Notes: generated from the sequence alone by a model not told the origin. 64,000 bases of DNA from Octopus sinensis (GCF_006345805.1 NC_043010.1:31930001-31994000); one strand, 5' to 3'; shown: positions 1-12,966, counted from the stretch's first letter. Numbers and translations: made by a program.

Positions 1-312
1 ATCCTGAAGAATTTTAATTGAATAAATCAGTCCTAGTACTTTTCTTTTATTATTTTTTCAGCTTGGCAATTATCCTATCACTCTCTTTTGCTGAATCACT
101 AAATTATGGGAACATAAACACACCAACACTGGTTGTCAAGCAGTGATGGGTGACAAAGACAGACAAAGACATGCACACACACACAGATATATAAAAATAT
201 GTGTGTGTGAGTGAGTATGTGTATGCAATGGGCTTCTTTCAGTTTCCATCTACCAAATCCACTCATAAGGCTTTGGTCAGCCCAAAGATATAGTAGACAA
301 TACTTGTCCAAG
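1..312 (-). mobile_element. tRNA-derived composite SINE (family A), degenerate partial copy
   Basis: Matches intact copies at 8555-8938 and 49480-49898 (ggcttctttcagtttccatctaccaaatccactc, caccaacactggttgtcaagc). Confidence 0.8.
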
Positions 313-364
313 CAAACATCTTAACACTCAGACACTCCTACATACATACATACATGCATGAACA

Positions 365-600
365 TTCATGCATGCCAACGTCCTCTCTCCATATAACTGA
401 TGTTATTCAAGGGAAAGGCAAAGGCTGATACAGCTTTGCACCTGTGATGTTGCAACTCATTTCTACAGCTGAGTGAGCTGGAGCAACATGAAATAAAGTG
501 TCTTGCTCAAGAACACGACACACTGCCCGGTCTGGGAATCGAACTCACTACTTCATGATTGTGAGCCTTGCATGCTCACCACTGAGCCATGCCCCTTCAC
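365..600 (-). mobile_element. tRNA-derived SINE (family B) with A/B boxes
   Basis: Reverse complement starts ggggcatggctcagtggtg (A box), then gagttcgattccc (B box), then gtgttcttgagcaagacac. Confidence 0.75.
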
Positions 601-619
601 TGCCTACCACAACTGGACT

Positions 620-1030
620 TAATTTATACATCCAGAATAACAACTGCTGGATTATACAGGTTGTAAATCAACATGAAAGGAACAAAAATGAGGCACAGAA
701 GTATAAAAGAGAACTAAACTTAGATGTAAATGGTTATACCAAAACTGCCAATAGAAGCAGCAAAGCACAACACACAAAATGTTAAAAAAAAAACCTGAGA
801 AAGCTTATAAACAAATGACAAGAGAAACCATTCAATGGTCAATATCTCAAATGAACAACAGAAGTAGATATAGATAAAGAATGAACACATCAGTGGTTGT
901 GTAGTTCAGGTCTACAGGCAGAAGCTGAAGGTTTTATAATGACAGCTCAGGATCAATCCCTTCTCAAGAAACTACCAAGCAAATGTTCTCCACAATTGTG
1001 CTGATCAAAACTGTAGGCTATGTGATAATA
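620..1030 (+). mobile_element. R4/Dong-like non-LTR retrotransposon fragment, decayed
   Basis: Interrupted translation SGLQAEAEGFIMTAQDQSL..NYQANV..DQNCRLCDNTIETID, the post-RT/zinc-finger region also seen at 27400-27560. Confidence 0.7.
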
Positions 1031-1199
1031 CTATTGAGACCATAGACTGAATAGGGCTGTACCTATATTGGAACATTTGTGTCATTATGACATTCCCTAA
1101 AAACTGAACCTCACCAGAAACCAGTCACAGAGAGTAATAGTGTTACACTTGACAGATAGATAATAGACCTGATATTATTATCGACAATCATCACCAAAA

Positions 1200-2065
1200 T
1201 TCCTACTATCTAATAGATATGATAGGAATATCTCAGTCAAGGAGATTGATTAGATCAGGCAGCTGGTCGATATGGTCCTGTTTACATTGTAAGGTCAGTT
1301 CCATACCTATACCTGACCAGTTTTGCTTAGGTATTTTTTTGACTTCCAATATTGTCATTTTGTCTTCTTCTAAACCTGCCAGGATGGCCACCACTAATCA
1401 GGTGATGGATATTTCTGGCAGCACATTCAATGCCCCAACTGTGGCATAGTGTTGGCTGTGATAGCTGGGGATTAAGAAGTTTTCATTCCTCAAAGTGCTC
1501 ATGGAATGACACTTGGCTTCTTCTGTCCCAAATCTTTACATCAATAGTTCCAAACTTCTTCCCTTGGCTGATGTGGGTCTTTTGTTCCCACATGTGCCCA
1601 AAGCATTTTTATATTTCGCTCTCAGGACCTTTTTCCATCTGGCATGACTTAATGCCAATGCAATGGTATGTGACTGTGCGTTTTAAGATATTCTCTATTC
1701 TCTATCATGTCAGGTGAACGGTTTAGAGCAACCCTTCTCCCATTTTATAATTTTCCTTGCGATTTTTAAATCTTCTTCATCTATGCAGAAATTTTCCAAA
1801 TTTCTCCCTGCAATTGCAAAAGAAATCATTGAAGCAGGGGCTGCTGTGGAGGTGATATTCGTATTTTATGTTTCCTTTCTTTCCTATTGTTGTTGCTGTT
1901 GTCGATACTAAAAGTTTTGGCATTGCTTAGAGATGAAACATTATTCACCTTGGGGACATCATTAAGTGTAGGCCATTCTACATCTTTGTTCTCATTCTTT
2001 GATGAAGAATGCATTCCATTATTGAACATTATGATGGCTTCTTTAACAACCATCTTTAACTGAAT
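1200..2065 (-). pseudogene. Decayed long ORF, probably LINE ORF1 remnant (L1/Tx1-like)
   Basis: Protein-like reading continues for ~280 codons across frameshifts and stops: LKMVVKEAIIMF...AGRNLENFCIDEEDLKIARKII...RFGTEEAKCHS...LPEISIT*LVVAILAGLEEDKMTILEVKK...GIGMELTLQC. The family call comes from recollection only. Confidence 0.45.
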
Positions 2066-2409
2066 AAAGAAAACAACAAAATATCATTTTCTTCTGAAAG
2101 GTGTTACAATTCAAAAAATACTGATGCACACCCCTTGCGAAACAGGGGGTGTTTCTACACAAAAATACTATCTGTGCAGTCCAGTCAATTTCAGAAATAC
2201 AATGTTAACAATAAAATGAAAATATTGCCTTTGAAGGCCGAAAAGATTACAAACACCATTTCAACTTACGGACGTTACAGTATGGTGGCTATAATATTAA
2301 TAATAATGATAATAATAACTTGTTAGATCCAGGACAAATTCACGGAAAACATAAAAAATGTAAGCATCTGTAAACAGTGTACTGGTTTCATGAGAAATGT
2401 TTGTATATT

Positions 2410-2545
2410 ATGTCTGTCTGTCTTTACGTCGTGAGTTCAAATTTGTCTTTCGTCCTTTCGGTGTTGATAAATTAAGGACCAGTTGTGTACTGGGCTCGAT
2501 CTAATCAACTGGCACCTTCCCCCCACAAAAATTTCAGGCCTAGAA
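2410..2545 (+). mobile_element. SINE family C fragment
   Basis: gagttcaaatt...cctttcggtgttgataaattaaggaccag...gggctcgatctaatc; same family at 9700-9890, 21100-21365 and, on minus, 26130-26250, 28180-28340, 41200-41420. Confidence 0.7.
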
Positions 2546-2734
2546 AAGTATATTGTGACAGTTACAGAATATAGAAAATAATGTAACACCAATGACTATA
2601 TAATCCAACTAAACTATCTCAGTTACACAAATGTAAATGGAATAACTATTTAACCTTAAAATACATTGTACATATTCAAAGAACCTTCTTGGTTTAGTGG
2701 CACAGAACGTTTTTCTGGTATACTATTATTCTTC

Positions 2735-2945
2735 TACTTGTTTCAGTCATTTGACGGTGGCCATGCTGGCACCACCCCTTAGTCGAAGAAATTGACTCCT
2801 GAACTTATTCCCTGTAAACCTGGTGCTTTTTCTATCAGTCTCTTCTTCTGAACAGCTAAATTACAGGGACGCAAACGCACCAACATCGATTGTCAAGCAA
2901 TGGTGGTGGTGGGACAAACACAGACACAAACACATACATACAATA
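2735..2945 (-). mobile_element. SINE family A, 3-prime half
   Basis: tacttgtttcagtcatttgacggtggccatgctgg...caacatcgattgtcaagc. Confidence 0.8.
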
Positions 2946-2955
2946 TATACATATT

Positions 2956-3301
2956 TAAAATATGAATTAGAGATAAAACAACTATTATGCAACTCAAACA
3001 GTGATAGACATAAACCAATACATAAATAACAAATAATATATATATAATTTTTTTTTTATAACTAGATCTCAAAAAGTATAAAATGAATGATAAATATATA
3101 ATATAAAGTAAAAACACTCCGTACGTTTTTACTTAATATATTGTATATTTATCATTCGTTTTATACTCTTTGAGATCAAGTTATAAAAAAAAAATTATAT
3201 ATACATATATATATATATATTATTTGTTATTTATGTATTGGTTTATGTCTATCACTGTTTGAGTTGCGTAATAGTGGTTTTTATCTCTAATTCATATTTT
3301 A
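2956..3301. repeat. Long inverted repeat (~160-175 bp arms, 9-nt loop)
   Basis: 2956-3115 is the reverse complement of 3125-3301 with few mismatches and an (AT)n length difference. Confidence 0.9.
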
Positions 3302-3372
3302 TATATTTATACTGTGAAACTTGATTTAATACTAAATTGAATTTTTCCCTTTAAGTTTGGAGTTATACTCCC

Positions 3373-3378
<6 letters not shown>

Positions 3379-3458
<80 letters not shown>
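3379..3458. repeat. (AT)n microsatellite
   Basis: Direct reading. Other long microsatellites: (TG)n 9434-9524; (AT)n 11560-11880, 34020-34200, 53140-53295; (CA)n 21990-22076, 35890-35957; (GAT)n 28480-28536; (GA)n 28710-28787; (ATCT)n 49075-49155. Confidence 0.95.
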
Positions 3459-3461
<3 letters not shown>

Positions 3462-4807
3462 CAGGCTTGAAGGTAGTGGTGATGCTGACTGGTGAGATTT
3501 TGTGGTTTGCTGGTATGCATAGAGAGATCCAGCGGGCCCCTAACTGGTTCCATGATCTTAAAGGTGTAATGTGGATGTGTAATGATGACACATTAACAAA
3601 TGAGCCAGATATTCTAACTTAAAAAATATAGAAAGGAAAAGACAACGTTGTATTCCGAAGCCTTTAGCTGAGGTGTAATTTTATAATGAAAACAAATTTG
3701 AAATTTAAATTTTGGAGCAAAACACCACGTTTTTTTTTTGTGTGTATAGTTGCAGTTGAAATGGGTTAAAACAAATGTGTGTGTGTGTGTGTGTACTATG
3801 TGGTTGCTATTAATAGCAGTTTAAGGTCTGTTGCAGAAAGGAATGCGAAACGGCAACATGCACAATCATATACATACAGACATACACATACACGCACACA
3901 CATACTCAGAGAGAGTCAGACAGACAGTAATTGTCAGATAGTCCATAACGAAGTCTTCACCTCTCTCTGTCTCTCTCCCTACCTGTTGCTTTGTCACTGA
4001 CTGGAATTTAGGTATGTTCGTCTCCAGTCTCGATCTAATCGACTTTTCCGTTTTCCACATGAAACGGAAAATAAAGCTGGAGAAGAAATGCCTGTCGCAA
4101 AGTGTGTTTCGTAAAAGATGGAAGTCTATAGCAAGTATGTTGCGAGCGAAAGAACCTGTTTAAACGAGAATATAAAAAGAAGAAAGCAAAGTCTTCCGTG
4201 TGAGAATGGGGTTTGTGGGGTCGACCGCTTCCTCCGCTTCATTTTTTGTAAATCACTCATTCTCATTTAATTGTATCTATTCTAATTGTTTGTTTATTCA
4301 TACCTTTCGTCTCATTCGATACCCTGACCCCAATGTTTGTTTTGTCTGCCCTCGTATCGTCCCCTCTTTTCCTCAACCTCATGGTTAATAAAGAACTTGA
4401 CTGGAATTTAGTTGTGTATTTCTCTCTCAGTTTTCTCTTGCTTTTAAAACAATAAATTTTCAAACTGATTCAGCGTTTCGATTGAAAAATATATACGAAT
4501 GTATTAGACATATTTTGTTTAGGATACAGTATCCAATATTTGCTGTGGTTGAAAACACAAAACAAACACCACGTTCCTTTGAGTCACCACTCACTCCTCT
4601 CTCTCATATATATGTTATGTCTCGAGTTGTAGCTGTAATTCAAAGGAGTCAGCCTTGTCATATTCTGTGTGAGGCTGAATCTCCCTGAGGACTACGTTAA
4701 TGTTATGCATGTCTGTGGAGTACTCAGCCACTTGCGAGTTAATTTTATCTTCGTATGCTAATGAAAAGTGAAACTGACATCCAATATTTGCTGTGTTTAT
4801 GTATCTA

Positions 4808-5602
4808 CAAGCAAAACGCCTCCCGTCCAATGGATGGTGTTGAGTTGTCAAACATTTAAACCAAATTTTCTCAAAACAACTTGTCCGACCGTCCCATAGG
4901 CCTCCCTTTTGAGAAACACTGATTTAACCTAAATTTGAGACACCAGCAAAAGAAGAAATAAAGATACACTTTTTTCTATTCCAAAGAAAAACGATTTTAT
5001 TCACACAAATATGCAATCGAAGAGTTTAAAGTACCAGTAATGATAAGGTTGTTGACTGGGAGAATACAAACATGGTTTAAACAGTAAGCTTGGCAGGAAA
5101 GAAACGTGCCTTTAAGCATTACAAAAACAACAACAAATGGAAGGTGCAGTTATGCACAGGTTGACGGAAGAAAAGCAGGTCAAAATCAATGCATGCAAAT
5201 GGGTTAGCTGGAGGTAAATCTAGATGGAAAAGCGTGATGAATTTATGAGAACGTACCTGGGACAACCGCTAAAACATGTAGGAAATCAACTTGGGGCGAT
5301 TTTTGATGAAAAGCAACAACCTAGGGAACTAAGTAACTAATTTTAAGCTTACTTTACGGGATGTTCAAGGGCATGGAAAAGCTAGTGGCAACAGCTGATG
5401 TACTTGCGCGTACAAATGCACGTTCCCACGACTTTATCAATCGCATTCTCACCTGGAATCGATTTTTGTAATTTTTTCAAGACTTATACACGCCCTAATA
5501 CCGTCAGTATATACATATCAAATTTGAGCGCAATCGGATGGAGGATGCCCGAGATCTTAGAAGACACACAGACAGACAGACAGAACGATTTTATATAATA
5601 GA
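4808..5602 (-). mobile_element. Non-autonomous Helitron-like element
   Basis: Minus strand starts A|TCTATTATATAAAATCGTTCTGTCTGTCTG (same style as the 59103 element) and ends with a small hairpin (ccgtcc-aat-ggatgg, 4820s) followed by CTTG|T. Confidence 0.6.
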
Positions 5603-5869
5603 TGTATGAACTTTTCTTTGGATTTATGTATCTACTGTCTCTCTCAGTTTCTCTCTTTCTCTTTCACTTCCTTTGTGTCCCTCTTCTCTCCCTCTTTTGA
5701 TTTAACAATATATATATGGTGGTCGTATACTGTCAACTCAATGTGACAGTCCTGTAAGGGAATTACACCACCACCATTTAGCCCTAGGAAACATCGACGT
5801 CTCCTGTCGGCTTTGACACATTTTCTGTGTCCTTATATATGTATCTATGTATCTACTTCTTTTTGAGAG

Positions 5870-6020
5870 TTAACCATGAGTACAGTGATGAATTTGGTGT
5901 AGGAGTAGGTGTCTATCAAGGCTCTTTTCTCAGTCCCCTCCTTTTTATCATTGTTCTTTAGGCCGTAACAGAGAAATTCAATATTCAAGACTGGCTGCCC
6001 CTGGGAACTGCTATTGTTCC
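5870..6020 (+). mobile_element. RTE-clade LINE RT fragment
   Basis: EYSDEFGVGVGVYQGSFLSPLLFIIVL...KTGCPWELL; homologous to 46866-47093. Confidence 0.75.
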
Positions 6021-6849
6021 ATCTCTCACTAAGTTACAACAAAACAGAAACATTCCACTGGCTTATCAGATTTTATACTTCATATATTATATTATTATAG
6101 TGATACTCTTGTACCAATCTTTCTTATTGCTATGTTTATTTGAGTTTTCAAATGTATTTCTCATCATTTCTTTTTAATGTAAATTTAAGAGTATTAAAAT
6201 ATTTATTAATATAAACATATAAACCCAAATACATTTATTTTTTAAAGTTCTCAATTTAATAATTCTTGATGTTACATCTTTATCAATAGGGTGTGTTTGT
6301 GTGTGTACATATATATATACGGATACTGAATTTGTGAAATACTGGAAAAGGTGTGCGTGAGTGTGTGCATGCATGAATGAATGTGGGGGAGTATAATGTA
6401 TGTGTGTTTTTGTGTGTGAATGTCTACATATTTGTAAACATATCTTTATGCATATGTGAGTTTATGTATGTATGTGTTGTGTCTGTGAGTATGTGATTGT
6501 GTGTGTATGAAAGAGAAGAGAGAGATAGAGAGAAGTACTAAAGCAATTTTGATTGCTACAAACTATTTTAAAATGTATTTAATGAAACATGTCTGCATTT
6601 TTGATGATTTATTGACTGGCCACTTGTGTTTTGTTGTTTATTTTAGTTAGTTTTTATAGCTTTGAGTCATGTAATATTAATGGTTGTTCAATAAAATATT
6701 TAATATTAATATTATTATTATAATTATCATCATCATGTTTTCAATATTTTCCTTCAAGTTTCTACTGCACAATCAGGTGCACTTATATGTCTGTAAGGTG
6801 TGTGCAGCATTTTCTTTTGGTGAAATATAGGCATGTATATATTCTATAT

Positions 6850-7300
6850 CAGGTTTTGTTTTACTGTTTTTGGTGTTGTTTTACTGTTTTTGGTGTTGTT
6901 TCAGTATTCCATAAGTTAGCCATGTAGAAATTATGTGTAGTGTAAGTTGTTATTTTGTTGCGCGGTGTTTGTGATTTGGAAATATGTGTAATTGATGTCA
7001 TGTGTTATAGTGCTACATGGTGAATTGGTTGAGTAGCTGTGTGTGTTGGTTGTGTTGTAATATTTGTGGGGCATCTGTGTAAAATAGGATTTAGGTGAAT
7101 TATTAATAGTGTGGGGTATATTATTGTTGTTGGTGGTGTTGGTTGTTGATTGACAGAATTGCAAGTGTTGGACAAAATATCTTGTGGTATTTCTTCTGAC
7201 TCTTTGCTTTCTCTGTTCAAATCCAACTGATTTGCCTTTTATCCTTACAGGATAGATAAAATAAAGTACCAATGAAGTTACTGTGGTTGATGCAATCAAA
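6850..7300 (-). mobile_element. Possible LINE 5-prime/ORF1 remnant
   Basis: GT-rich decayed ORF-like stretch, compositionally similar to 38900-40250 upstream of an APE domain; no diagnostic motif. Confidence 0.3.
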
Positions 7301-8554
7301 TTAAACTCTTCTCTTCAAATTTGCAGGCCTTATACCTAAATTAGAAACCACTATTATCATTTTTAATCAGAGAAGCATTCTTAGATCAAGATAGAATACT
7401 TGGCATTATCAAGCCCTCACAGCCAATCAGGCAATGCAGTAGGTAGAAGTTAAATATTGATGTTTTATAGAGGATTAGTGGTGGGCAAAAGTGATAACAT
7501 TATTGGTGGAAATCTGGATGTCAATGAAAATTTGCTAGCTAGTCTGTTCCAGAATACTTTCAGGTTGAGGCCTATAAATAATATCCAGAAACTTAATGAA
7601 TATTATTGCATGGCTGCAGCTCTCGAGCTGAAACTAGTAAAGGTAAAAAAAAAAAAAAAAGGCCTGGCAGTGCTACTGAGATGAATTGCCAATTTGAGAT
7701 AAATTGTACAGACATAGAACTGCCAGCAACTAAGCCATCCTGTGCACATGACAATGAAACTATTCTGCATGCATTCATTTTGTACCTGAGCATTGTGGAG
7801 TTTTCTTGAATAGTCATGTGTTGAATGGATCTGGCTCTTTGTTATTTCTCTTGTATACAAGTTTTTTTTCTGTAATCCTACTCTGTATTGTCCTATATTG
7901 CCTTTTCAATCTTCTCCTCTACAAAACACAAGAGAAAACTACCTTTAACAGGTAATTTTTACATACTAGAAGAAGCAGTCAAAACGACCAAAACCACATT
8001 TAAGAGCAATTTTTGAAGAGAATGAAAAATAGAAACTTTTACTGTGTTATTTTTTTATGGTTATACCTAGGTTTCAAATTTCTTTAGCAAATAAGATAAT
8101 TTGCTAGGTGAATCCACATCAGTAACTGTGCCATAACATTAACATATAATTTAGAGACAAATAACACGTGCCTCATCATTATATGTTATGATTTTTCAAA
8201 ATTCACCGTGCAAGCGCAGTTTCAGTCGGCAGTAAATGAAAAATGCCAAACCGATCTTCGAAATGCTAGAATGGAGAAACATTCATTATAGACAGGAAAC
8301 ATAACTGTGTGGTTTTATGAATATAGAGAACACATTTTAGAGTGGATTGTAGGTATTTGACATCTACTTTTAGTATTGGCGATGGTCATTGCCAGTAGCC
8401 CTTAATGATAATTAACAATGACTGTTGAAAAGGTTGCAATATGCAATGAAAATTTTAGAAAAAATAAGTGGAAACTTAACTGGTGAGTATGTTAAATAAT
8501 AAGGCACTAAAAGAGAATGACTCTCCCCAGACACAACACTATATATATATATAT

Positions 8555-8938
8555 CTCTTTCTCTTTTTTACTTGTTTCAGTCATTTGACTGTGACCATGC
8601 TGGAGCACTGCCTTTAGTCGAGCAAATCGACCCCGGGACTTATTCTCTGTAAGCCCAGTACTTATTCTATCGGTCTCTTTTGCCGAACCACTAAGCGACG
8701 GGGACGTAAACACACCAGCATCGGTTGTCAAGCAATGCTAGGGGGACAAACACAGACACACAAACACATACACACACACATATATACGACAGGCTTCTTT
8801 CAGTTTCCGTCTACCAAATCCACTCACAATGCATTGGTTGGCCTGGGGCTATAGCAGAAGGCACTTGCCCAAGATGCCATGCAGTGGGACTGAACCTGGA
8901 ACCCTGTGGTTGATTAGCAAGCTACTTACCACACAGCC
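8555..8938 (-). mobile_element. SINE family A, near full length
   Basis: Near-identical reverse complement of 49480-49898: tRNA-like head, central microsatellite, (AAAAGAG)-type tail. Confidence 0.9.
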
Positions 8939-8959
8939 AATATATACATCATCACTTTA

Positions 8960-9240
8960 CATCTGTTCTTCCTTACTAGCATGGTTGGATGGGTCTGTTC
9001 TATCAGTTTCTCACTTCTTGTAGCCCATCATTATCTCTTTAGTGAAGTTCAGTATTCTGAGATTAGTCTTTTGTATTTCCCATGTCTTCCTAAGCATTCT
9101 CTTGAATCATTTGACCATTATTCATCTAGCTGCTGTTGTCTTTCATAACATTCTTGCCCTCAGCGTATTTGCATTTTTTTATTTATGCACTTCAACTCTA
9201 GATATCCAGCAGAACATGCTTCCTTCATTTCTTCATAACC
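8960..9240 (-). mobile_element. RTE LINE 3-prime remnant
   Basis: Minus strand ends in acccatccaaccatgctagtaag, similar to the RTE tail ccaacccatgctagcatgg; upstream sequence is decayed coding-like. Confidence 0.45.
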
Positions 9241-9439
9241 TCAAAGAGAGATATATTTCTGTTACTTGAACTTTTTTATCAACCCGAGTCTTAATCTGTT
9301 TACAATGTTTTTTGCAACATTCACCTGTGAGCAATTGAAAGACTGTTTTCTTGAGTCTACTTACTGCTAAATACCCATTTGTGTCTGTTACACATGAAAT
9401 CCTTTTTCTCAGAAAGCCTGCCCGAGATCCTTTGTGTGT

Positions 9440-9525
<86 letters not shown>

Positions 9526-11149
9526 ATGCAATTATCATGCTTTATACAGAAACAGATTACCATTTAGATGGTGAGAGAGAAACCCTCTGTTGCCAAAAGG
9601 TAAACAGAAATAAAAAATCAATGAACTGTTCATAAAACCACACAGTTATGTTTCCTGTCTATAATGAATGTTTCTCCTTTCTAGACAATCTGAAGCAGTA
9701 ACGAGACTTGTAGAATTTAGTTACAACTCTTTATATTCTAATTTCAAATCTTGCCAAGGTCAATTTTGGCTTTCATCCATCTGGAGTACGTAAAATAAAG
9801 TACCAGATAAGTACTGGGGTCAATTTAATTGACTATCCTCTTTCTGAAATCTGTGGCCTTGATACCAATGCTAGAGATCCATATTACCAAAATGTGTCAT
9901 GTGTTGTTGGACAGCAATAAATTCCCTTAGAGCCAAAGTTCAGTTTCAAATCTTACTTCACTGATAGTATTGAGATATTGTATCAAGGCAGTAAATCCAT
10001 ATTATCATACATTGAATCAGTGAGAAAATCAAATCACTAAATATAACCAGGAGAACTGCTACATAAACTTATTTTTAGATATGTAAGGTACTGCTGTATA
10101 AGTCCATTTTTGAGAGATGTGAAATGCTAATACATAAGATAATTGGAGAACTGCTATTTAAGATGCAGAGTACTACTATATATATGTGGAGTACTGCTAT
10201 ATCGAGAGTATTGGCATAAGTATTAACACTATGTTGAACACTGCCACATAAAACTGTACCTTGTACATGAAATTGCAAGTTAACAAAAGACAAAAGTCCT
10301 GATCAATTATTTTAGGGCTATAAATTCTACAGAAATCTTCCAGAGATGTTTTGAGATAAATCATAATATATATAGCAGTTTTCAAAAGATGAAGAAAGTT
10401 CCTTCGGTTTATATATATAACAATGAAAGATAAAGAACTGTTGAGTTATAAAAAAACCTTTGTCACACAAATATTTCAGCTTGATACAGATTAGTAACTA
10501 TGGCGACAGGTGAAAAGAAAAACAACAAAAAACATAAAGCCAATATTATATCAAAACCAACATTTATAAATCGATCAACACCTACCTATTGAATGAGTTA
10601 TAGTGTTAATGGCTGAATATTCCACAGACAATGTAATTATTAGGTAGAATCAGTATGATCCAATGTATGACAAGTCTAACTGATTGAATTATAAGTACAA
10701 TCTATTTGATGGACTTTCACTCTGATATTGAGTTGGTCAAGGCTATGAGGAAACACAGTTGCCCAACATACTGTTCACTAGTATTGAACCCACCTGTACC
10801 TGTTAGCTGAGTTATTAAGGGAATTTGTATATGATTGCTTGATCTGCTAGATGTAGCAACTAAATGTCTTGCACAGTCACACTCCACTATATTAGAAAAG
10901 GATGAGGTGGGGTGGAGGCATATTGGATAATATGATCTTATATATACTGTCTGATTGAAATAGTTTGGGATGGTCATGGCTGGAATGTTTTTTATCACAG
11001 GTCACTTGGATTGGGGCTGGCATGGCACTTAACAACAACAATAATGTACAAATTCAGCCAGTGAGAGACCCTGTATTTCAGTAGCTCTCATTGTTTCTAA
11101 CTTTGTGGCTCAATAGAGACTAAATATACAATTACCTGTACTCTTTACA

Positions 11150-11545
11150 TGGAAAGCTGTAAAACAACAGAAGTTTGCTTCCCAACCATATGGTTTGGGG
11201 TTCAATCTCATTGTGTGGTATCTTGGGAAAATGTCTTCTACTTTCACTCTGGGTTGATCATAGCCTTGTGAGTGGGTGGATTCTGTGGGCACCCATGATA
11301 CTCTTTACACTACTCTTTTACTCTTTTACTTGTTTCAGACATTTGACTGTGGCCATGCTGGAGCATCGCTTTTGGTTGAGCAAATCAACCCCAGGACTTA
11401 TTCTTTGTAAGCCTAGTACTTATTCTATCGGTTCTCTTTTTGCAGAACTGCTAAGTTACGAGGACATAAACACACCAGCATCAGTTGTCAAGTGATGTTG
11501 GGGAGGGGGACAAAGACAGACACACAAACACATACACACACACAC
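11150..11545. mobile_element. Two SINE family A halves in opposite orientation
   Basis: Head half on plus (11150-11295), tail half on minus (11312-11545). Confidence 0.75.
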
Positions 11546-11547
11546 AC

Positions 11548-11610
<63 letters not shown>

Positions 11611-11724
11611 CATATATATATATATATATATAGTAGAAGAAATAGCTATAACCCTTTGACTGCTATTTCTAAATTCGGTATGTGGTAAGGCAATTCGTTG
11701 CTAAACCCTTATTGCTTAGTATTA

Positions 11725-11879
<155 letters not shown>

Positions 11880-11884
11880 TAATA

Positions 11885-12103
11885 AATATTAGGGAATAAA
11901 TCCAAATTTACAGGGAAAAAAAATCAGATTTAGGATTAAATCCAATTTTATAGTAAAATATTATAAAATATTATTAGAGACAAAACCACTATATATAAAG
12001 TTAATCCAAACAAGAAAGCACAAAAAAACACAACAATGCGAGGACGTGGAACAAATATAGTATTATTGGACGCTCAGGAAAGAAGGAGGGTTTAACGTTT
12101 AAG
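11885..12103 (-). mobile_element. PLE terminal-repeat remnant in (AT)n, cut by a mariner
   Basis: 11990-12100 is the reverse complement of 39490-39600; 11890-11960 resembles the reverse complement of 3310-3378. Confidence 0.65.
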
Positions 12104-12104
12104 T

Positions 12105-12911
12105 CATTAATTGAGAATAACTCACATTGCACAACCCAAGAATTGGCAGAAAGCTTCAACCTATCAAAATCCATCGTTCATGAGCACCTGGTAAAGCTTG
12201 GGTGCACAAATTGCTACCATGTTTGGGTACCACATAAGTTGTGTGAGAAGAAGCTTTTGGATTGCATTTACATCTGTCATTTGCCTTATAAACGGAATGA
12301 AAACGTGCCTTTTTTCAAGCAATGTTTTTTTACCGAAATGTTCAGAGAAAGCAATCAGCTACCCTTAGCCACCCCAAAAGTGGGTTTTCTTGCTTTGTGT
12401 CTGGTGGGATTAGAAAGGAATTCTGTACTATGAACTTCTCCCAAGTAACCAGACAATTAATTCTGAGAAATACTGCACACAACTGAGCAAGTTAAAAGTA
12501 GCAATTCAAGAGAAACGTCCAGAATTGGCCAACAGAAAGGGTGTTGTTTTCCAACATGATAATGCAAGACCGCACGTTTCTTTGGGAACCAGACAAAAAT
12601 TGCTGCAGCTCGGCTGGGATGTGTTACCCCACCCTCCATATTCACCAGATATTGTTCCTTTGGATTTCCACTTATTCAGGTCTCTGCAGAATAGTCTTAA
12701 TGGTCAAAATTTCAGTTCCTTGGATGACGTAAAAAGATACCTTGATGAATTCTTTGCCATGAAACCACCTCAAAGAGGGTATTTTCAAATTAATGGAAAG
12801 ATGCGCATTGTGCAACAAAATAGTTCATATTTGGTTGATTAAAAATGTAATGGCATGTATTTATTGACCTTTTTCTTTCCTTTAAACATTGGCACGAACT
12901 TTCCGGACAAC

Positions 12912-12915
<4 letters not shown>
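12105..12915 (+). mobile_element. Mariner (DD34D) transposon remnant, 5-prime truncated, frameshifted
   Basis: WVPHKL motif, HDNARPH and HPPYSPDIVPLDFHLFRSLQN; right TIR ...gcacgaactttccggacaacccaa followed by TA. Confidence 0.9.

Positions 12916-12966
<51 letters not shown>

Noticed and set aside
365-600. tRNA gene suggested by A and B boxes
   Set aside because: No complete cloverleaf, and it continues into a SINE body; the same applies to the other SINE heads.
1826-2059. Terminal exon of a host gene
   Set aside because: The downstream sequence stays coding-like across frameshifts, which fits a decayed retroelement ORF better than a 3-prime UTR.
7787-7918. Minus-strand exon candidate (ttttgtag ... 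CAG|gtacaa)
   Set aside because: All three frames contain a stop unless the A8 run at 7862-7869 is an error; unsupported without reads.
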